DNA of 64,000 nt from Spirochaetia bacterium (GTDB lineage Bacteria; Spirochaetota; Spirochaetia; SZUA-6; Bin103). Positions within the stretch are counted from its first letter, which is position 1, and each line of letters begins with the position of its first letter. The position numbers were made by a program, and so were the translations under genes. The stretch covers positions 2,976,001 to 3,040,000 of the forward strand of contig OZ241863.1 in the NCBI GenBank assembly GCA_965203055.1, in the 5' to 3' direction. Positions 28,522-39,376 of this stretch are shown here, piece after piece. The notes under the pieces are model-generated. The model saw only the letters and a program-made list of their open reading frames with translations, had not been told where the DNA came from and searched no databases.

Positions 28522-29715
28522 GTGCAGCAGTTGCTGAAGGGGCTGTTGGAGCGGGTCGAACCGCTGTTCGAGAAGGGAGGCAAGCTGGAGCGCCTGTACC
28601 CGGCGTACGACGCGTTCGCGACGCTGGCGTTCGTGCTGCCCAACCGCACCAGGTCGGGCGCCCACATCCGCGACGACTTCGATTCCAAGCGGATGATGGT
28701 AACCGTGATCTTCGCCCTCATTCCGCCCACCCTGGTGGGGATCTTCAACGTCGGCTACCAGCGGCTGCTGGCGGCCGGAGTGGAGATCACCTTCCTGACC
28801 GCGGTGGCGCAGGGGCTGATCCGCTTCCTGCCGATCCTGATCGTCACCTACGCCGTCGGGTTGGGCTGGGAGTTCCTGTTCGCGGTAATCCGCCGCCATG
28901 AGGTGAGCGAAGGCTTCCTGGTGTCGGGATTCCTGATCGCGTTGATCGTGCCGCCCACCATCCCCTGGTGGCAGCTCGCCATCGCCACCTCCTTCGGCGT
29001 GGTGATCGGCAAGGAGATCTTCGGCGGCACCGGGATGAACATCTTCAACCCGGCGCTGGTGGTGCGCGCCTTCCTGTTCTTCGCCTATCCGGCGCAGATC
29101 TCCGGCGACCGGGTGTGGATCGCCCTCGACGGCCACTCGGCGGCCACGCCCCTGGCGCTGGTCGCGGAGGGCGCCGAGACGCCGATCGTCGATCTCCTGG
29201 CGGCGCAGGGGGTGACGTGGTGGAACTCCTTCATCGGGCTGATTCCCGGCAGCATCGGCGAAACTTCGACGCTGGCGATTCTGTTGGGCATCGGCCTGCT
29301 GCTGGTCACCGGCGTCGGCAGTTGGCGCATCATGCTGTCGATGCTGATCGGCGGCGTGGTGATGGGCGCCGTGCTGCAGCTCGCCGCCCCCCATCCCGGG
29401 CACTTCATGGCGTTGCCGGTCCACTACCACCTGACCCTGGGCGGCTTCGCCTTCGGCCTCGCCTACATGGCCACCGACCCGGTGTCGGCCGCCGCCACCG
29501 ACACCGGCAAGTGGATCTACGGCTTCCTGGTGGGGGTGCTGTCGATCCTGGTGCGGATCCTCAATCCGGCGTTCCCCGAAGGGGTAATGCTGGCGATATT
29601 GTTCATGAACATGTTCGCGCCGCTGATCGACCACTTCGTGGTGCGCGGCAACATCAAGCAACGACGGGCGCGGGCGGCGGTGGCGGCACCGGCCGCCGCG
29701 CGCGCGTCGGAGTGA
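28522..29715 (+). CDS. nqrB: Na+-NQR subunit B
   Basis: HIRD..D.KRMM, KEIFGGTGMNIFNPAL, MATDPVS. Confidence 0.95.
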   Translation: MQQLLKGLLERVEPLFEKGGKLERLYPAYDAFATLAFVLPNRTRSGAHIRDDFDSKRMMVTVIFALIPPTLVGIFNVGYQRLLAAGVEITFLTAVAQGLIRFLPILIVTYAVGLGWEFLFAVIRRHEVSEGFLVSGFLIALIVPPTIPWWQLAIATSFGVVIGKEIFGGTGMNIFNPALVVRAFLFFAYPAQISGDRVWIALDGHSAATPLALVAEGAETPIVDLLAAQGVTWWNSFIGLIPGSIGETSTLAILLGIGLLLVTGVGSWRIMLSMLIGGVVMGAVLQLAAPHPGHFMALPVHYHLTLGGFAFGLAYMATDPVSAAATDTGKWIYGFLVGVLSILVRILNPAFPEGVMLAILFMNMFAPLIDHFVVRGNIKQRRARAAVAAPAAARASE

Positions 29716-29726
29716 GCGCAGGATCA

Positions 29727-30479
29727 ATGAATCGCAGCAAACTCTATTCGGTGGTGTTCGTGCTGAGCATCACGGTATTCTGGGGGTTCGTGCTCTCCTT
29801 CGTCGCCACCTCGTTGCGCGCGCCGCAGCAGGCCAACGAGAAGCGCAACATGCGCACCAACATCCTGTTGGCGGTGGGGCTCATGGAGCGCGGCGAAGAT
29901 CTGGAGCCGGACGCGCTCGACCAGCGCTACGACGACTCGGTGGAGAGCTTTCTGGTGGACCATGAGGGCAAGGTGATTCCCGGCTCCAGCGCCGAAGGGG
30001 TGGACCTGGAGGAGGAGCTGGAGAACCCGGACGCGGCCGCCTGGCGGCTGCCGGTGTTCGTGGTCACCGAAGGCGGCAAGGCGAGCGTGTATGCCGTCCC
30101 GGTGTTCGGCAAGGGGCTGTGGTCCACCCTCTACGGCTATCTGGCGCTGGAGGACGATCTGGATACCGTGCGCGGCATGACGTTCTACAAGCACGGCGAG
30201 ACCGCCGGCCTCGGCGCCGAGATCGAGCAGGCCTGGTTCCAGAGCAACTTCGTCGGCAAGCGCATCTTCGAGGGCGGCGAACTGCGTTCGATTCAGGTGG
30301 TCAAGGGCAAGGTGGAGGACGTGTTCTCCAATGCCGCCGACCACACCTACGCGGTGGACGGCATCAGCGGCGCCAGCATGACCGGGCGCGGGGTGACCGA
30401 TCTGCTGCTGGACAAACTGGCAATCTACGAGCCCTATATCAGACGGGTACGAGCCGAGACTCAGGCGGAGGTAAGGTAA
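29727..30479 (+). CDS. nqrC: Na+-NQR subunit C
   Basis: N-terminal TM, GKGLWSTLYG, HGETAGLGAEI, VDGISGAS. Confidence 0.93.
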   Translation: MNRSKLYSVVFVLSITVFWGFVLSFVATSLRAPQQANEKRNMRTNILLAVGLMERGEDLEPDALDQRYDDSVESFLVDHEGKVIPGSSAEGVDLEEELENPDAAAWRLPVFVVTEGGKASVYAVPVFGKGLWSTLYGYLALEDDLDTVRGMTFYKHGETAGLGAEIEQAWFQSNFVGKRIFEGGELRSIQVVKGKVEDVFSNAADHTYAVDGISGASMTGRGVTDLLLDKLAIYEPYIRRVRAETQAEVR

Positions 30480-31154
30480 ATGGCAGATCCCAAGGTACTC
30501 CCACAGGCGCCGGCCAGGGAGCGCGAGCCGCTGTTCTCGCCGCAGAACCGGGAGGTGCTCAAGGACCCGCTGTCGGAGAACAACCCGATCACCATCCAGG
30601 TGCTCGGCATCTGCTCCGCGCTGGCGGTGACCACGCAGATCAGGCCGTCGCTGGTCATGGGGCTGGCGGTGATCTTCGTGCTGGTGTCCTCCAACGTGAT
30701 CATCTCCCTGATCCGCAACCTGATCCCCAACAACGTGCGCATCATCGTGCAGATGACGGTCGCCGCGTCGCTGGTGGTGCTGGTGGATCAGGTGCTCAAG
30801 GCGTACGCGTTCGAGGTTTCGCGGCAACTCTCGGTGTTCGTGGCGCTGATCATCACCAACTGCATCATCATGGGCCGGCTGGAGGCGTTCGCGATGAACA
30901 ACAAGCCGTGGCCGAGCGCGTTGGACGCCCTGGGCAACGGCCTGGGCTACGCCCTGGTGATCGTCGCCATCGGGTTCTTCAGAGAGCTGCTGGGCAGCGG
31001 CAAGCTGCTGGGCGCGCAGGTGATCCCGCAGGGTCTGTACGACGCCGGCTACGTGGACAACGGCCTGATGGTGCTCGCGCCGGGGGCGTTCATCCTGATG
31101 GGCCTGCTGATCTGGGCCCAGCGCCGCATGAGCGGCTACACCGAGGAGGCCTAG
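30480..31154 (+). CDS. nqrD: Na+-NQR subunit D
   Basis: [29 protein letters not shown]. Confidence 0.95.
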   Translation: MADPKVLPQAPAREREPLFSPQNREVLKDPLSENNPITIQVLGICSALAVTTQIRPSLVMGLAVIFVLVSSNVIISLIRNLIPNNVRIIVQMTVAASLVVLVDQVLKAYAFEVSRQLSVFVALIITNCIIMGRLEAFAMNNKPWPSALDALGNGLGYALVIVAIGFFRELLGSGKLLGAQVIPQGLYDAGYVDNGLMVLAPGAFILMGLLIWAQRRMSGYTEEA

Positions 31155-31157
31155 AGC

Positions 31158-31769
31158 ATGGCACTGATCAACCTGGCGCTGAAGTCGATCTTCGTCGAGA
31201 ACATCCTGCTGGCCTTCTTCCTGGGAATGTGCTCCTTCCTGGCCGTCTCCAAGCAGGTCAAGACCGCCATCGGCCTCGGCTTCGCCGTCATCTTCGTGCT
31301 CGGCATCACCGTGCCGATCAACTGGGCGGTGCACGAGTACCTGCTCAAGGCGGGCAGCCTGGCCTGGGTCAGTCCGGCGATGCGGGAGGTGGACCTGAGC
31401 TTCCTCAACTTCATCGCCTTCATCGCGGTGATCGCCGCCATGGTGCAGTTGGTGGAGATGGTGATCGAGAAGACCTCCACCAATCTGTATCACGCGTTGG
31501 GCATCTACCTGCCGCTGATCACGGTGAACTGCTCCATTCTGGGCGGCTCGCTGTTCATGGTGGAGCGCAGCTACAACTTCAGCGAGTCGGTGGTGTTCGG
31601 GCTGTCGTCCGGCGTGGGCTGGGCGCTGGCGATCATCGCCCTGGCGTCGATTCGCGAGAAGATCCGCTACTCCAACGTGCCGCCCGCGTTGCGCGGCCTG
31701 GGGATGACGATGCTGCTCACCGGCCTCATGTCGGTCGGCTTCATGGCGTTTTCCGGCATTCAACTATAG
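31158..31769 (+). CDS. nqrE: Na+-NQR subunit E
   Basis: [20 protein letters not shown]. Confidence 0.95.
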   Translation: MALINLALKSIFVENILLAFFLGMCSFLAVSKQVKTAIGLGFAVIFVLGITVPINWAVHEYLLKAGSLAWVSPAMREVDLSFLNFIAFIAVIAAMVQLVEMVIEKTSTNLYHALGIYLPLITVNCSILGGSLFMVERSYNFSESVVFGLSSGVGWALAIIALASIREKIRYSNVPPALRGLGMTMLLTGLMSVGFMAFSGIQL

Positions 31770-31784
31770 GCGGGAGCCGAAGAG

Positions 31785-33005
31785 ATGTTGCACGTATTGG
31801 GAAGCATTATCGTATTTCCGGTGGTCATCGGCGTTCTCACGATCGCCCTGCTGGCCGCCGAGGCGCGGCTGCGCCCGCAGCGCAAGATCAAGATCACGAT
31901 CAACGGCGACGCCGAGGGCGCCATCGAGACCGATGCCGGCGGCACGCTGTTGAATACCCTGTCGAGCAACGGGGTCATGCTCCCGTCGGCCTGCGGCGGC
32001 GGCGGGACCTGCGGCGTCTGCCGCTGCCAGGTGCTGTCCGGCGGCGGCGACATCCTGCCGACCGAGCAGCAGCACATCAACTTCCGCGACGCCAAGGAGA
32101 ACTGGCGGCTGTCGTGCCAGGTGAAGGTGCGCGACGACCTGCAGGTGCAGGTGCCGGACGAGGTGTTCTCCATCAACAAGTGGCAGTGCGAGGTGATCTC
32201 CAACGACAGCGTGGCCACGTTCATCCGCGAGTTCGTGCTGCGCATGCCGGAGGGCGAGGAGCTCAACCACAAGTCGGGCGGCTACATTCAGATCGAGGTG
32301 CCGCCCTACGAGATCGACTTCGCCAAGGATATCGAGGTCGAGCAGGAGTACCGCGAGGACTGGGAGAAGATGAACCTGTTCGCCCTGGGCGCCAAGAACA
32401 CGCTGCCGATTCAGCGCGCCTACTCGATGGCCAACCACCCGGCCGAGGGCAACATCGTGATGCTCAACGTGCGCATCGCCACCCCGCCGCGCGGCATGCA
32501 GGTGCAGCCGGGGCTGGCCTCCTCCTACGTGTACGCCCGCAAGCCGGGCGACGTGGTGACCATTTCCGGCCCCTACGGCGAGTTCTTCATCCAGGACACC
32601 GAGCGTGAGATGTGCTACATCGGCGGCGGCGCCGGCATGGCCCCGTTGCGCGCCCACATCTTCCACCTGTTCCATACCTTGCAGACCGGGCGCAAGGTCT
32701 CCTACTGGTACGGCGCGCGCTCCAAGCGGGAGATCTTCTACGAAGACCACTTCCGCGCCATCGAGGAGAAGTTTCCCAACTTCAGCTTTCACATCGCGCT
32801 GTCCGAACCGCTGCCGGAGGACAACTGGGACGGTCCGGTGGGCTTCATCCATCAGGTGGTGCTGAACGAGTACCTGGGCAAGCACGAGGCGCCGGAGGAC
32901 GTCGAGTACTACCTGTGCGGTCCGCCGCTCATGCTCTCCGCGGTGCAGAAGATGCTCTACGATCTCGGCGTCGAACCCGAGATGATCCGTTACGACGAGT
33001 TCTGA
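31785..33005 (+). CDS. nqrF: Na+-NQR subunit F
   Basis: 2Fe-2S motif [33 protein letters not shown]. Confidence 0.96.
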   Translation: MLHVLGSIIVFPVVIGVLTIALLAAEARLRPQRKIKITINGDAEGAIETDAGGTLLNTLSSNGVMLPSACGGGGTCGVCRCQVLSGGGDILPTEQQHINFRDAKENWRLSCQVKVRDDLQVQVPDEVFSINKWQCEVISNDSVATFIREFVLRMPEGEELNHKSGGYIQIEVPPYEIDFAKDIEVEQEYREDWEKMNLFALGAKNTLPIQRAYSMANHPAEGNIVMLNVRIATPPRGMQVQPGLASSYVYARKPGDVVTISGPYGEFFIQDTEREMCYIGGGAGMAPLRAHIFHLFHTLQTGRKVSYWYGARSKREIFYEDHFRAIEEKFPNFSFHIALSEPLPEDNWDGPVGFIHQVVLNEYLGKHEAPEDVEYYLCGPPLMLSAVQKMLYDLGVEPEMIRYDEF

Positions 33006-33108
33006 TCTGGCTGCTACCCGGCGCAGCGGTGAGAACGGCGCGGCGGCCGGCTGCAGCTCCCCGCCGCTGGAGCAGATCTACGGGCCGATTGCGGCCGACC
33101 TGGAGCTG

Positions 33109-33978
33109 GTGGAGGCCGGCCTGGAGCGCCAGATTCGGTCGCTCGCCGAGCAGCACGAGAAGTTGATCGAGCGGCACGCCTACCTCAATCAGGTGGTCGC
33201 TGCGCTCAGCGCGATGCGCGGCAAGCTGCTGCGCCCGGCGCTGGTGCTGTTCAGCGGCCGCGCCGTTACGGGAGCGAGCGGGCCGCGGGGCGCGGATGGC
33301 GCGCGCAGCGCCGCCGGCCCCCCGCTCATCGCCCTCGCGGTGGCCGCCGAACTGGTGCACGCCGCCTCGTTGATTCACGACGACATCATCGATCGCGCCT
33401 TCGTCCGGCGCCACCACACCGCGCTCTACCGCGAATTCGGAACCGCCATCGCCGTCCTGGTGGGGGACGTGCTGTACGCGCAGTTCTTTACGTTGATTTC
33501 GGAGCTGCCGCTGCCTGCCGCGCAGCGCCTGCGGCTGGTGCGGTTGTTCTGCGCGGTCACCAAGACCATGAGCCAGGGCGAGATCTTCCAGCACGGCGCC
33601 AGGCGCTACGAGCTGGACCTTACCGTCGACGACTACCTGGCGATCATTCGCAGCAAGACCGCGGCGTTGATGTCCGCCTGTTGCGCGGCCGGCGCGCTGG
33701 TAGGCGGCGGCCGCGAGGCGCAGATCACCTCCGCCGGCGAGTTCGGTCTCCAGTTCGGACTCGTGTTCCAGTTGATCGACGACCAGATGGACCAGGACAC
33801 CCCGGCCGCCGGCAGTCTGGCCCCGGCGGCCCGCGCGCACGCCGCCCGCGCCCGCGCCGCCCTTGCCGCGCTGCCGCCGGGCGAGTCGCGCGCCGCCCTG
33901 GATGCCCTCACCGGCTTCGTGCTCGGCCAACGCGCCGCCGCCGAGGTTGAAGAGGTCGGTAAACTGGTGGCCCGGTAG
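33109..33978 (+). CDS. Polyprenyl diphosphate synthase family protein (start uncertain)
   Basis: GKLLRP, ELVHAASLIHDDIID, RR, AVLVGD, KTA, FQLIDDQMD. Confidence 0.85.
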   Translation: MEAGLERQIRSLAEQHEKLIERHAYLNQVVAALSAMRGKLLRPALVLFSGRAVTGASGPRGADGARSAAGPPLIALAVAAELVHAASLIHDDIIDRAFVRRHHTALYREFGTAIAVLVGDVLYAQFFTLISELPLPAAQRLRLVRLFCAVTKTMSQGEIFQHGARRYELDLTVDDYLAIIRSKTAALMSACCAAGALVGGGREAQITSAGEFGLQFGLVFQLIDDQMDQDTPAAGSLAPAARAHAARARAALAALPPGESRAALDALTGFVLGQRAAAEVEEVGKLVAR

Positions 33979-34074
33979 CCGCCCCGAAATCGGTCGAGAG
34001 CAGCCGGCGGCCGTCCGGACGAAGCCGTGCGGCCTCCCGGCCCCGTCCTTGCGGCGCCCTGCGTCGGCGCTTCA

Positions 34075-34103
34075 TTGATAGAATTCGGGTTACCGCCTAT
34101 ACT
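34075..34103 (+). promoter_or_regulatory. sigma70-type promoter of the ABC cassette
   Basis: TTGATA-17 nt-TATACT. Confidence 0.65.
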
Positions 34104-34158
34104 GCCGTGCTGCCGGCCTGTGACCGGTCCGGTAAGGACATTCCAAAGGAGCGTCTCA

Positions 34159-35424
34159 ATGAAGAAGCTGTTGCTCACACTCGTCGTGATGGTTGCCGCG
34201 GCAGGGTTCGCCGCCGCCGGCGCCGAGGGCGAAGGTTCCCAGGCGGAGGACGTGACCGTGACCATGTACAAGTGGGGTCTTCCGGCGGGCCAGGAAAACT
34301 GGAGCGAGTTGGAGGGGCTCATTACCGCGGCCACCGGGGTCGACGTAGAGCTGATTCAGGCGCCGACTTCGTTCACCGACTATCAGACCAAGGTCGCCAC
34401 CTTGTTGGCCTCCGGCGACACCAGCATCGATCTGTTCGATGTTGATGAGTACATCACCTACGGCAATATCCTGGGAGGGTTCTTCGAGCCGCTCAACGAC
34501 ATCTTCTCGCCGGAAGATCTCGCCGCCTATCCCAAGAACTACATGGACCAGATGGCGACCTACGAAGGCGACATCATCGGCGTGCCCCATTCCTTCAGTT
34601 GGTTCCCGATGTATCTGAACAAGAGGTTGCTCGATGAAGCCGGTCTGGCCATTCCCACAACCGGTGAGGACTACCTGGAGATGACCAAGGTTCTCACCAA
34701 GGATGACGTGTTCGGATTTGGCGACGGTTGGGCCAAGGGCTTCATCACCAACTTCCTCCAGTACATCATCTACGTGCACGGCGGTGACTACTTCGACTGG
34801 GACGATCAGGGCACCCGGGATGCGATCAAGCTGATGTACGACCTGATCAATACCTACGAAGTCGCGCCTCGGGCGATTCTCGCGGATGACTATGGCGCGC
34901 TGGGGCAAAAGCTGCTCGACGGCAAGTTCGCCTCCTCGATTACCTGGGACTGGATCGTCTCCGTAGCGGTAAGCCAGGGCAAGTACGGCTCCGAGCTCAT
35001 CGTCGCGCCGACCCCGAAATGGTCAGACGATCCGGACAGCGACATCACTCTCATGGGCGCTTGGCTCTACGTCCTGACCGCCGCTTCGGAGCGCACGGAC
35101 GCGGCCAAGAAGGTCCTCGGATACATGCTTTCGGAGGAAGCTGCCACCGCTCACTCGAGGATGACCGGCAACGCCGTGCCGCTCAGAAGCGATTCGCTGG
35201 AGGAGCCGATCTTCAACGATCCGGCCGTATGGCCCGCTTCTTCGATCCTCAAGGACATGAACGCCCGCGACAAGCTGTGGGCGCGGCCGATGGCCGGCCG
35301 AATGAGCGACATAATGGACAGCGTCGAGAATCCCCTCAACGAGTACTTCAACAACAACATCGACCTGGAGGAGGCGGTCAAGAGGGCCAACAGAGAGCTC
35401 GACAGACTGTTGGGCAGCCGCTAG
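34159..35424 (+). CDS. Carbohydrate ABC transporter substrate-binding protein
   Basis: AAGGAG RBS, signal peptide MKKLLLTLVVMVAAAGFAAAG, family-1 SBP features, followed by two permeases. Confidence 0.85.
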   Translation: MKKLLLTLVVMVAAAGFAAAGAEGEGSQAEDVTVTMYKWGLPAGQENWSELEGLITAATGVDVELIQAPTSFTDYQTKVATLLASGDTSIDLFDVDEYITYGNILGGFFEPLNDIFSPEDLAAYPKNYMDQMATYEGDIIGVPHSFSWFPMYLNKRLLDEAGLAIPTTGEDYLEMTKVLTKDDVFGFGDGWAKGFITNFLQYIIYVHGGDYFDWDDQGTRDAIKLMYDLINTYEVAPRAILADDYGALGQKLLDGKFASSITWDWIVSVAVSQGKYGSELIVAPTPKWSDDPDSDITLMGAWLYVLTAASERTDAAKKVLGYMLSEEAATAHSRMTGNAVPLRSDSLEEPIFNDPAVWPASSILKDMNARDKLWARPMAGRMSDIMDSVENPLNEYFNNNIDLEEAVKRANRELDRLLGSR

Positions 35425-35507
35425 GTCAAGGCCCAACCCGTCCCAAGCGTCACTGGCGCGCCCTTCCGCTTCGCGCGGGGGGCGCGCCTGCGTACAAGAG
35501 GCCCAAA

Positions 35508-36386
35508 GTGCATAATCTCCGGGCGAAGAAGTTGCTCATCGCCTGGCTGCTGGTACTGCCGGTGCTCGTGATCCGGCTGGCCACGACCGCGTATCCGACG
35601 TTCTCGGTCTTCTGGTACAGTCTGAGAGATTACAGCTTTCTGCTGCGGATCAACGAGTTCTCCGGCTTCGAGAACGCTTTCTACCTTCTTACCGATCCCA
35701 AGATCGGAAGCGCGTTTTCCTTTACCTTCACGTTTACCGTCGTCTCCATCACTCTGATGCTGTTTGGAGGCATCGCGCTGGCCCATCTGCTCAACGTCCA
35801 ATTCGGAGGCCGCAGGTTTCTGCGCACCACGGCTCTCATACCATGGGCGCTGCCGATGATCGTGGCCGGCATCGCGGCTCGCTGGGCGTTCAACGACGTC
35901 TATGGGATCGTGAACGACCTCGTCCGCCGTTTCGCCGCCGATTTTCACTACGACTGGCTCGTTTCTCCGGTCGGCGCGCAGACCGCGATAATCGCGGTAG
36001 ACTTCTGGAAGAACGTCTCCTTCTTCGCCATTCTTACCCTGGCCGGCTTGCAGAACGTTCCATCCGAGCTGTATGAATCGGCCAAGATAGACGGCGCGGG
36101 CCCCGTCACTCTGCTCGTCCGCATTACCCTCCCGCACATCCGGCGAACCCTGATAATCGTCACCCTCTTCTTCATCATGTGGAGGCTGTCGAGCTTCGAT
36201 ATTGTGTACGCGATGACACAGGGAGGGCCGGGTTCGTCCACCTCGCTGTTGGCGTATCGCATGTATGAGGAGGCGTTCAAGAACTTGAACATCGGCTACG
36301 CCTCTTCGATTGCGGTCGCGCTCTTCGTCATCATGGCGGTTGCCGGCGGCGCCGGCATCCTGCTCTACCGGCGGGTGGACTATTGA
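35508..36386 (+). CDS. Sugar ABC transporter permease (MalF-like)
   Basis: LAGLQNVPSELYESAKIDGA (EAA motif), TQGGPG. Confidence 0.9.
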   Translation: MHNLRAKKLLIAWLLVLPVLVIRLATTAYPTFSVFWYSLRDYSFLLRINEFSGFENAFYLLTDPKIGSAFSFTFTFTVVSITLMLFGGIALAHLLNVQFGGRRFLRTTALIPWALPMIVAGIAARWAFNDVYGIVNDLVRRFAADFHYDWLVSPVGAQTAIIAVDFWKNVSFFAILTLAGLQNVPSELYESAKIDGAGPVTLLVRITLPHIRRTLIIVTLFFIMWRLSSFDIVYAMTQGGPGSSTSLLAYRMYEEAFKNLNIGYASSIAVALFVIMAVAGGAGILLYRRVDY

Positions 36387-37228
36387 TGACCGGCAGGAGG
36401 ACGCTGCGGCGGGCGCTCCTGATCGCCGTCACGATGGCGGTCGCGTTCATCGTGCTGTGGCCGATGTATTGGATTCTGATCTCCTCCCTCAAGCCTCCGG
36501 CCAGGCTGTTTTCTTCGCCGATCGAGTATTTTCCGTTGGCGTTGACCCTGGACAACTACCGCACGTTGTTCAGTGGAATGGATATCGCGTCGATGGCCGC
36601 GGCGACCGGTGTGATCACCGCATTCTCGCTCGTCGTGACGATGGCCATCTGCACCGCCGCGGGGTACGCGTTCGCACGCTTCGACAACAAGCTGGTACTG
36701 CTGGCGTTCGGGTTCGTCATCTTCTCGGCGATGGTGCCTTTCGTCATTTCCATCGTACCGATGTACGTCTTCATCAGGGCTCTCGGCCTGGTGGACACCT
36801 ACGCCGGTCTGGTGCTCCTGTATACCAGCAATCTGATACCGTTCACCGTCGCCGTCATGACCGGTTTCATCAAGCAGATTCCGGTGACCATAGAGGAGGC
36901 CGCGGAAGTCGACGGCGCCGGTATGATGACCATCATCGTCCGCGTCGTGGGACCGTTGCTGAAACCCGCAATCGCGACGGTGGCGATAATCAACTTCATC
37001 ATCAACATGAACGAGTTCTTCATTCCGCTGATATTCACGATCCGGAAGATCGTCCCGCTGGCGGTCGGGATCACCAAGGTACCCCGGAACGTGGCCAGTC
37101 ACCACGTGGAGCCGTGGGACATGATCAGCGCGATGGGCATTCTGATCATGGCGCCGATCGTGATATTCGTGGTCATCTTCGAGAAGAGAATCTTGAGCGG
37201 CTTGATGGCGGGCAGCATAAAGGAGTAG
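36386..37228 (+). CDS. Sugar ABC transporter permease (MalG-like)
   Basis: IPVTIEEAAEVDGA, ends GLMAGSIKE. Confidence 0.9.
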   Translation: MTGRRTLRRALLIAVTMAVAFIVLWPMYWILISSLKPPARLFSSPIEYFPLALTLDNYRTLFSGMDIASMAAATGVITAFSLVVTMAICTAAGYAFARFDNKLVLLAFGFVIFSAMVPFVISIVPMYVFIRALGLVDTYAGLVLLYTSNLIPFTVAVMTGFIKQIPVTIEEAAEVDGAGMMTIIVRVVGPLLKPAIATVAIINFIINMNEFFIPLIFTIRKIVPLAVGITKVPRNVASHHVEPWDMISAMGILIMAPIVIFVVIFEKRILSGLMAGSIKE

Positions 37229-37229
37229 C

Positions 37230-38045
37230 GTGCCCCGCCGGCGTCGAATCTCGTCTGCCATCGTCATTTCGGCCGTAGGCGCAGTCGCCGCGCCGGTCGC
37301 CCTGCTCTTCGCCGTGCCGTTCGAAACGACTCTCGAGTTTCGCATCAGAGATCGCGTAAGCGGAGGGGCGGTCTGGAACGCTACCGTGACGCTCCAGGAC
37401 CGCTTCCTGCGCACGTACTACGCGGGAGGCGGAGAGTCTCTGGTGTTTACGCGACTCGACCCGGGGCAGGCGACGCTGGAGGTCTCGGCGCCCGACTATC
37501 AGTCCATGAGCGTGCCGGTCACACTCAGGCGCGGAAGGAACCGGATCGACGAACCAATCGACATGATCGGATTGAGGATACCCGATCTGTCACACTTCAT
37601 CTTGTCAGAAGACTTCTCAGGATCGAATCGGTACGCCGCCATCTGGCCGATCAGCAACCGGGGACCGGCGGTTGTCAACCACCCGGCGCTCGACCTGTGG
37701 ATCGGCGCGCGTATTTCGTCGCAGCTATCCGGCGCGATCCGCGGCGAAACTCTCTTTGCCGGGGAGATCGAATGGAGTTGGGACCATTCCCCGGACGCAT
37801 TGTCGCGGTATCGAGCGCGGATTCCACTCGAAGAGATCGAGGAACGTGGAGCCGTCACGTTCGTAATCGACTATCTCCTGATAGTACCCGACCCGCTTGC
37901 AATCGAGCGCGATGAGGTGGCCGCAATCGTGACTGCCGCGTGGACGGAGCTCGACGCGCCGGCCGCCCTGGCGCCATACTTGGCGCAATACGTCGATCGG
38001 TTCGACGTCTACGTTCATACTTCGTGGAATCTGAGTAGACCGTGA
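37230..38045 (+). CDS. Hypothetical membrane-anchored protein with an N-terminal beta-sandwich (carboxypeptidase-regulatory-like) segment
   Basis: N-terminal TM then IRDRVSGGAVWNATVTL...LDPGQATLEVSAPDY; coupled to the permease. Confidence 0.6.
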   Translation: MPRRRRISSAIVISAVGAVAAPVALLFAVPFETTLEFRIRDRVSGGAVWNATVTLQDRFLRTYYAGGGESLVFTRLDPGQATLEVSAPDYQSMSVPVTLRRGRNRIDEPIDMIGLRIPDLSHFILSEDFSGSNRYAAIWPISNRGPAVVNHPALDLWIGARISSQLSGAIRGETLFAGEIEWSWDHSPDALSRYRARIPLEEIEERGAVTFVIDYLLIVPDPLAIERDEVAAIVTAAWTELDAPAALAPYLAQYVDRFDVYVHTSWNLSRP

Positions 38046-39376
38046 GACCTGTCGCGTGCGCGGCGCTGATCGCCGCGGTCGCAATCGCCGCTCAGGGGGA
38101 CACCCACGACCGTGATGAGCAGCTCGTCCACTCCCTCACGGTATTCAACGGAAGCGGCTATTCCTCGACCTTCAGCCCCGAGTCCTCCGACACCATCTAT
38201 CTGCTCGCGGACATCGACAACTTCCTTGCGCTCCGAAAGACGTTCGTGCACTACCGTCCGGCGGACGACGCGCTGAAGATCGACACCGCGCTCCTCGACG
38301 CGACCGTGGAAGGCGTTCTCGAGATCTCGAGAGACGCCGGCGATTCGGAATATCTCCTGATGGAGGATTACACCTACTACAAGCTGCGGAGTAACGGCGC
38401 AGCCGACTGGCGCGCCGCTACCGGGCCTGAGGCTCACCTCGTCTACCTCGACTATACGGAACAGCTCCGCAGGTATCGGGAAGGAATAGATGACTACCGG
38501 CTCGATCGCGCCACCTACGACTACATGGTCAACGAGCTGGAAAGACGAATCGGGGAACAACGACAGACCGGCGGCGACATCGCCAGGCTGGAAGAAGTTC
38601 TACGGGGTCTTGCCGCTCCGGCCAGGCCCCGGTTTCCCGATGAGTACGCGGCCCCTCCTGTTCGCGTCGACCGCGCATTCGTAGTGAATCTCCCGGCCGG
38701 CAGCTACCGGACGCGACTCGTCAGCCGCGACGGGAGAATACTGGAAGGATCGGAAAAGACGGTCGTGGCGTTTGGCCGGCTTGGGGAGCCGACAGTCGGC
38801 TACGAGGTAATCCCGGGGGATAAGTGGAACCGTCCCGTTGAGTCGAGATCAAGCGATTCGGTCATCTATATCGATGGATCGAGCGATCTCTTTCTGATAG
38901 CGTACCACCAGCACGAGTACACCGATCTCTTCTATGAGAAGCTGGTCAGGAACGACGCCAGGGGGAGTCCCGGATTGAGACGGCATGTTTCTTTTCAAGT
39001 CGTCCGCGACGTCCGACTGGCGGTTCTGGATCGAGGCGGACCCGTCACCACGATCGAGGCGCTTCCCTACTTCGTGGATCAGGAGCGGACCGGCTCCTAC
39101 GGATACCGGATCGTCCCGTTCGATGCCGGCGGCGCGCATCTCAATCGCAAACCAGGTTTCGAAGCGTTTCACGTCGAGCAGGATCGTTACGGCACGCGCA
39201 TTCGGGTCGCCCTTGTCGATAGCCGGGGAGGCATCATCGATACCTCGATGCGGCGTATTCGACTGCTGGACGGGTCCCCATCGGCCGGCGCCCTGGTCCC
39301 TCTTGCCTTCCTGCCGTTGGCCGTCGGCGTCGGGGTGGGGATCGTTCGACTGAAGATCACCTCGCGCAAACCTTAG
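38042..39376 (+). CDS. Hypothetical exported protein with C-terminal membrane anchor
   Basis: Signal-like N-terminus, coiled-coil middle, C-terminal LVPLAFLPLAVGVGVGIVRLK; overlaps the upstream gene. Confidence 0.6.
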   Translation: MRPVACAALIAAVAIAAQGDTHDRDEQLVHSLTVFNGSGYSSTFSPESSDTIYLLADIDNFLALRKTFVHYRPADDALKIDTALLDATVEGVLEISRDAGDSEYLLMEDYTYYKLRSNGAADWRAATGPEAHLVYLDYTEQLRRYREGIDDYRLDRATYDYMVNELERRIGEQRQTGGDIARLEEVLRGLAAPARPRFPDEYAAPPVRVDRAFVVNLPAGSYRTRLVSRDGRILEGSEKTVVAFGRLGEPTVGYEVIPGDKWNRPVESRSSDSVIYIDGSSDLFLIAYHQHEYTDLFYEKLVRNDARGSPGLRRHVSFQVVRDVRLAVLDRGGPVTTIEALPYFVDQERTGSYGYRIVPFDAGGAHLNRKPGFEAFHVEQDRYGTRIRVALVDSRGGIIDTSMRRIRLLDGSPSAGALVPLAFLPLAVGVGVGIVRLKITSRKP

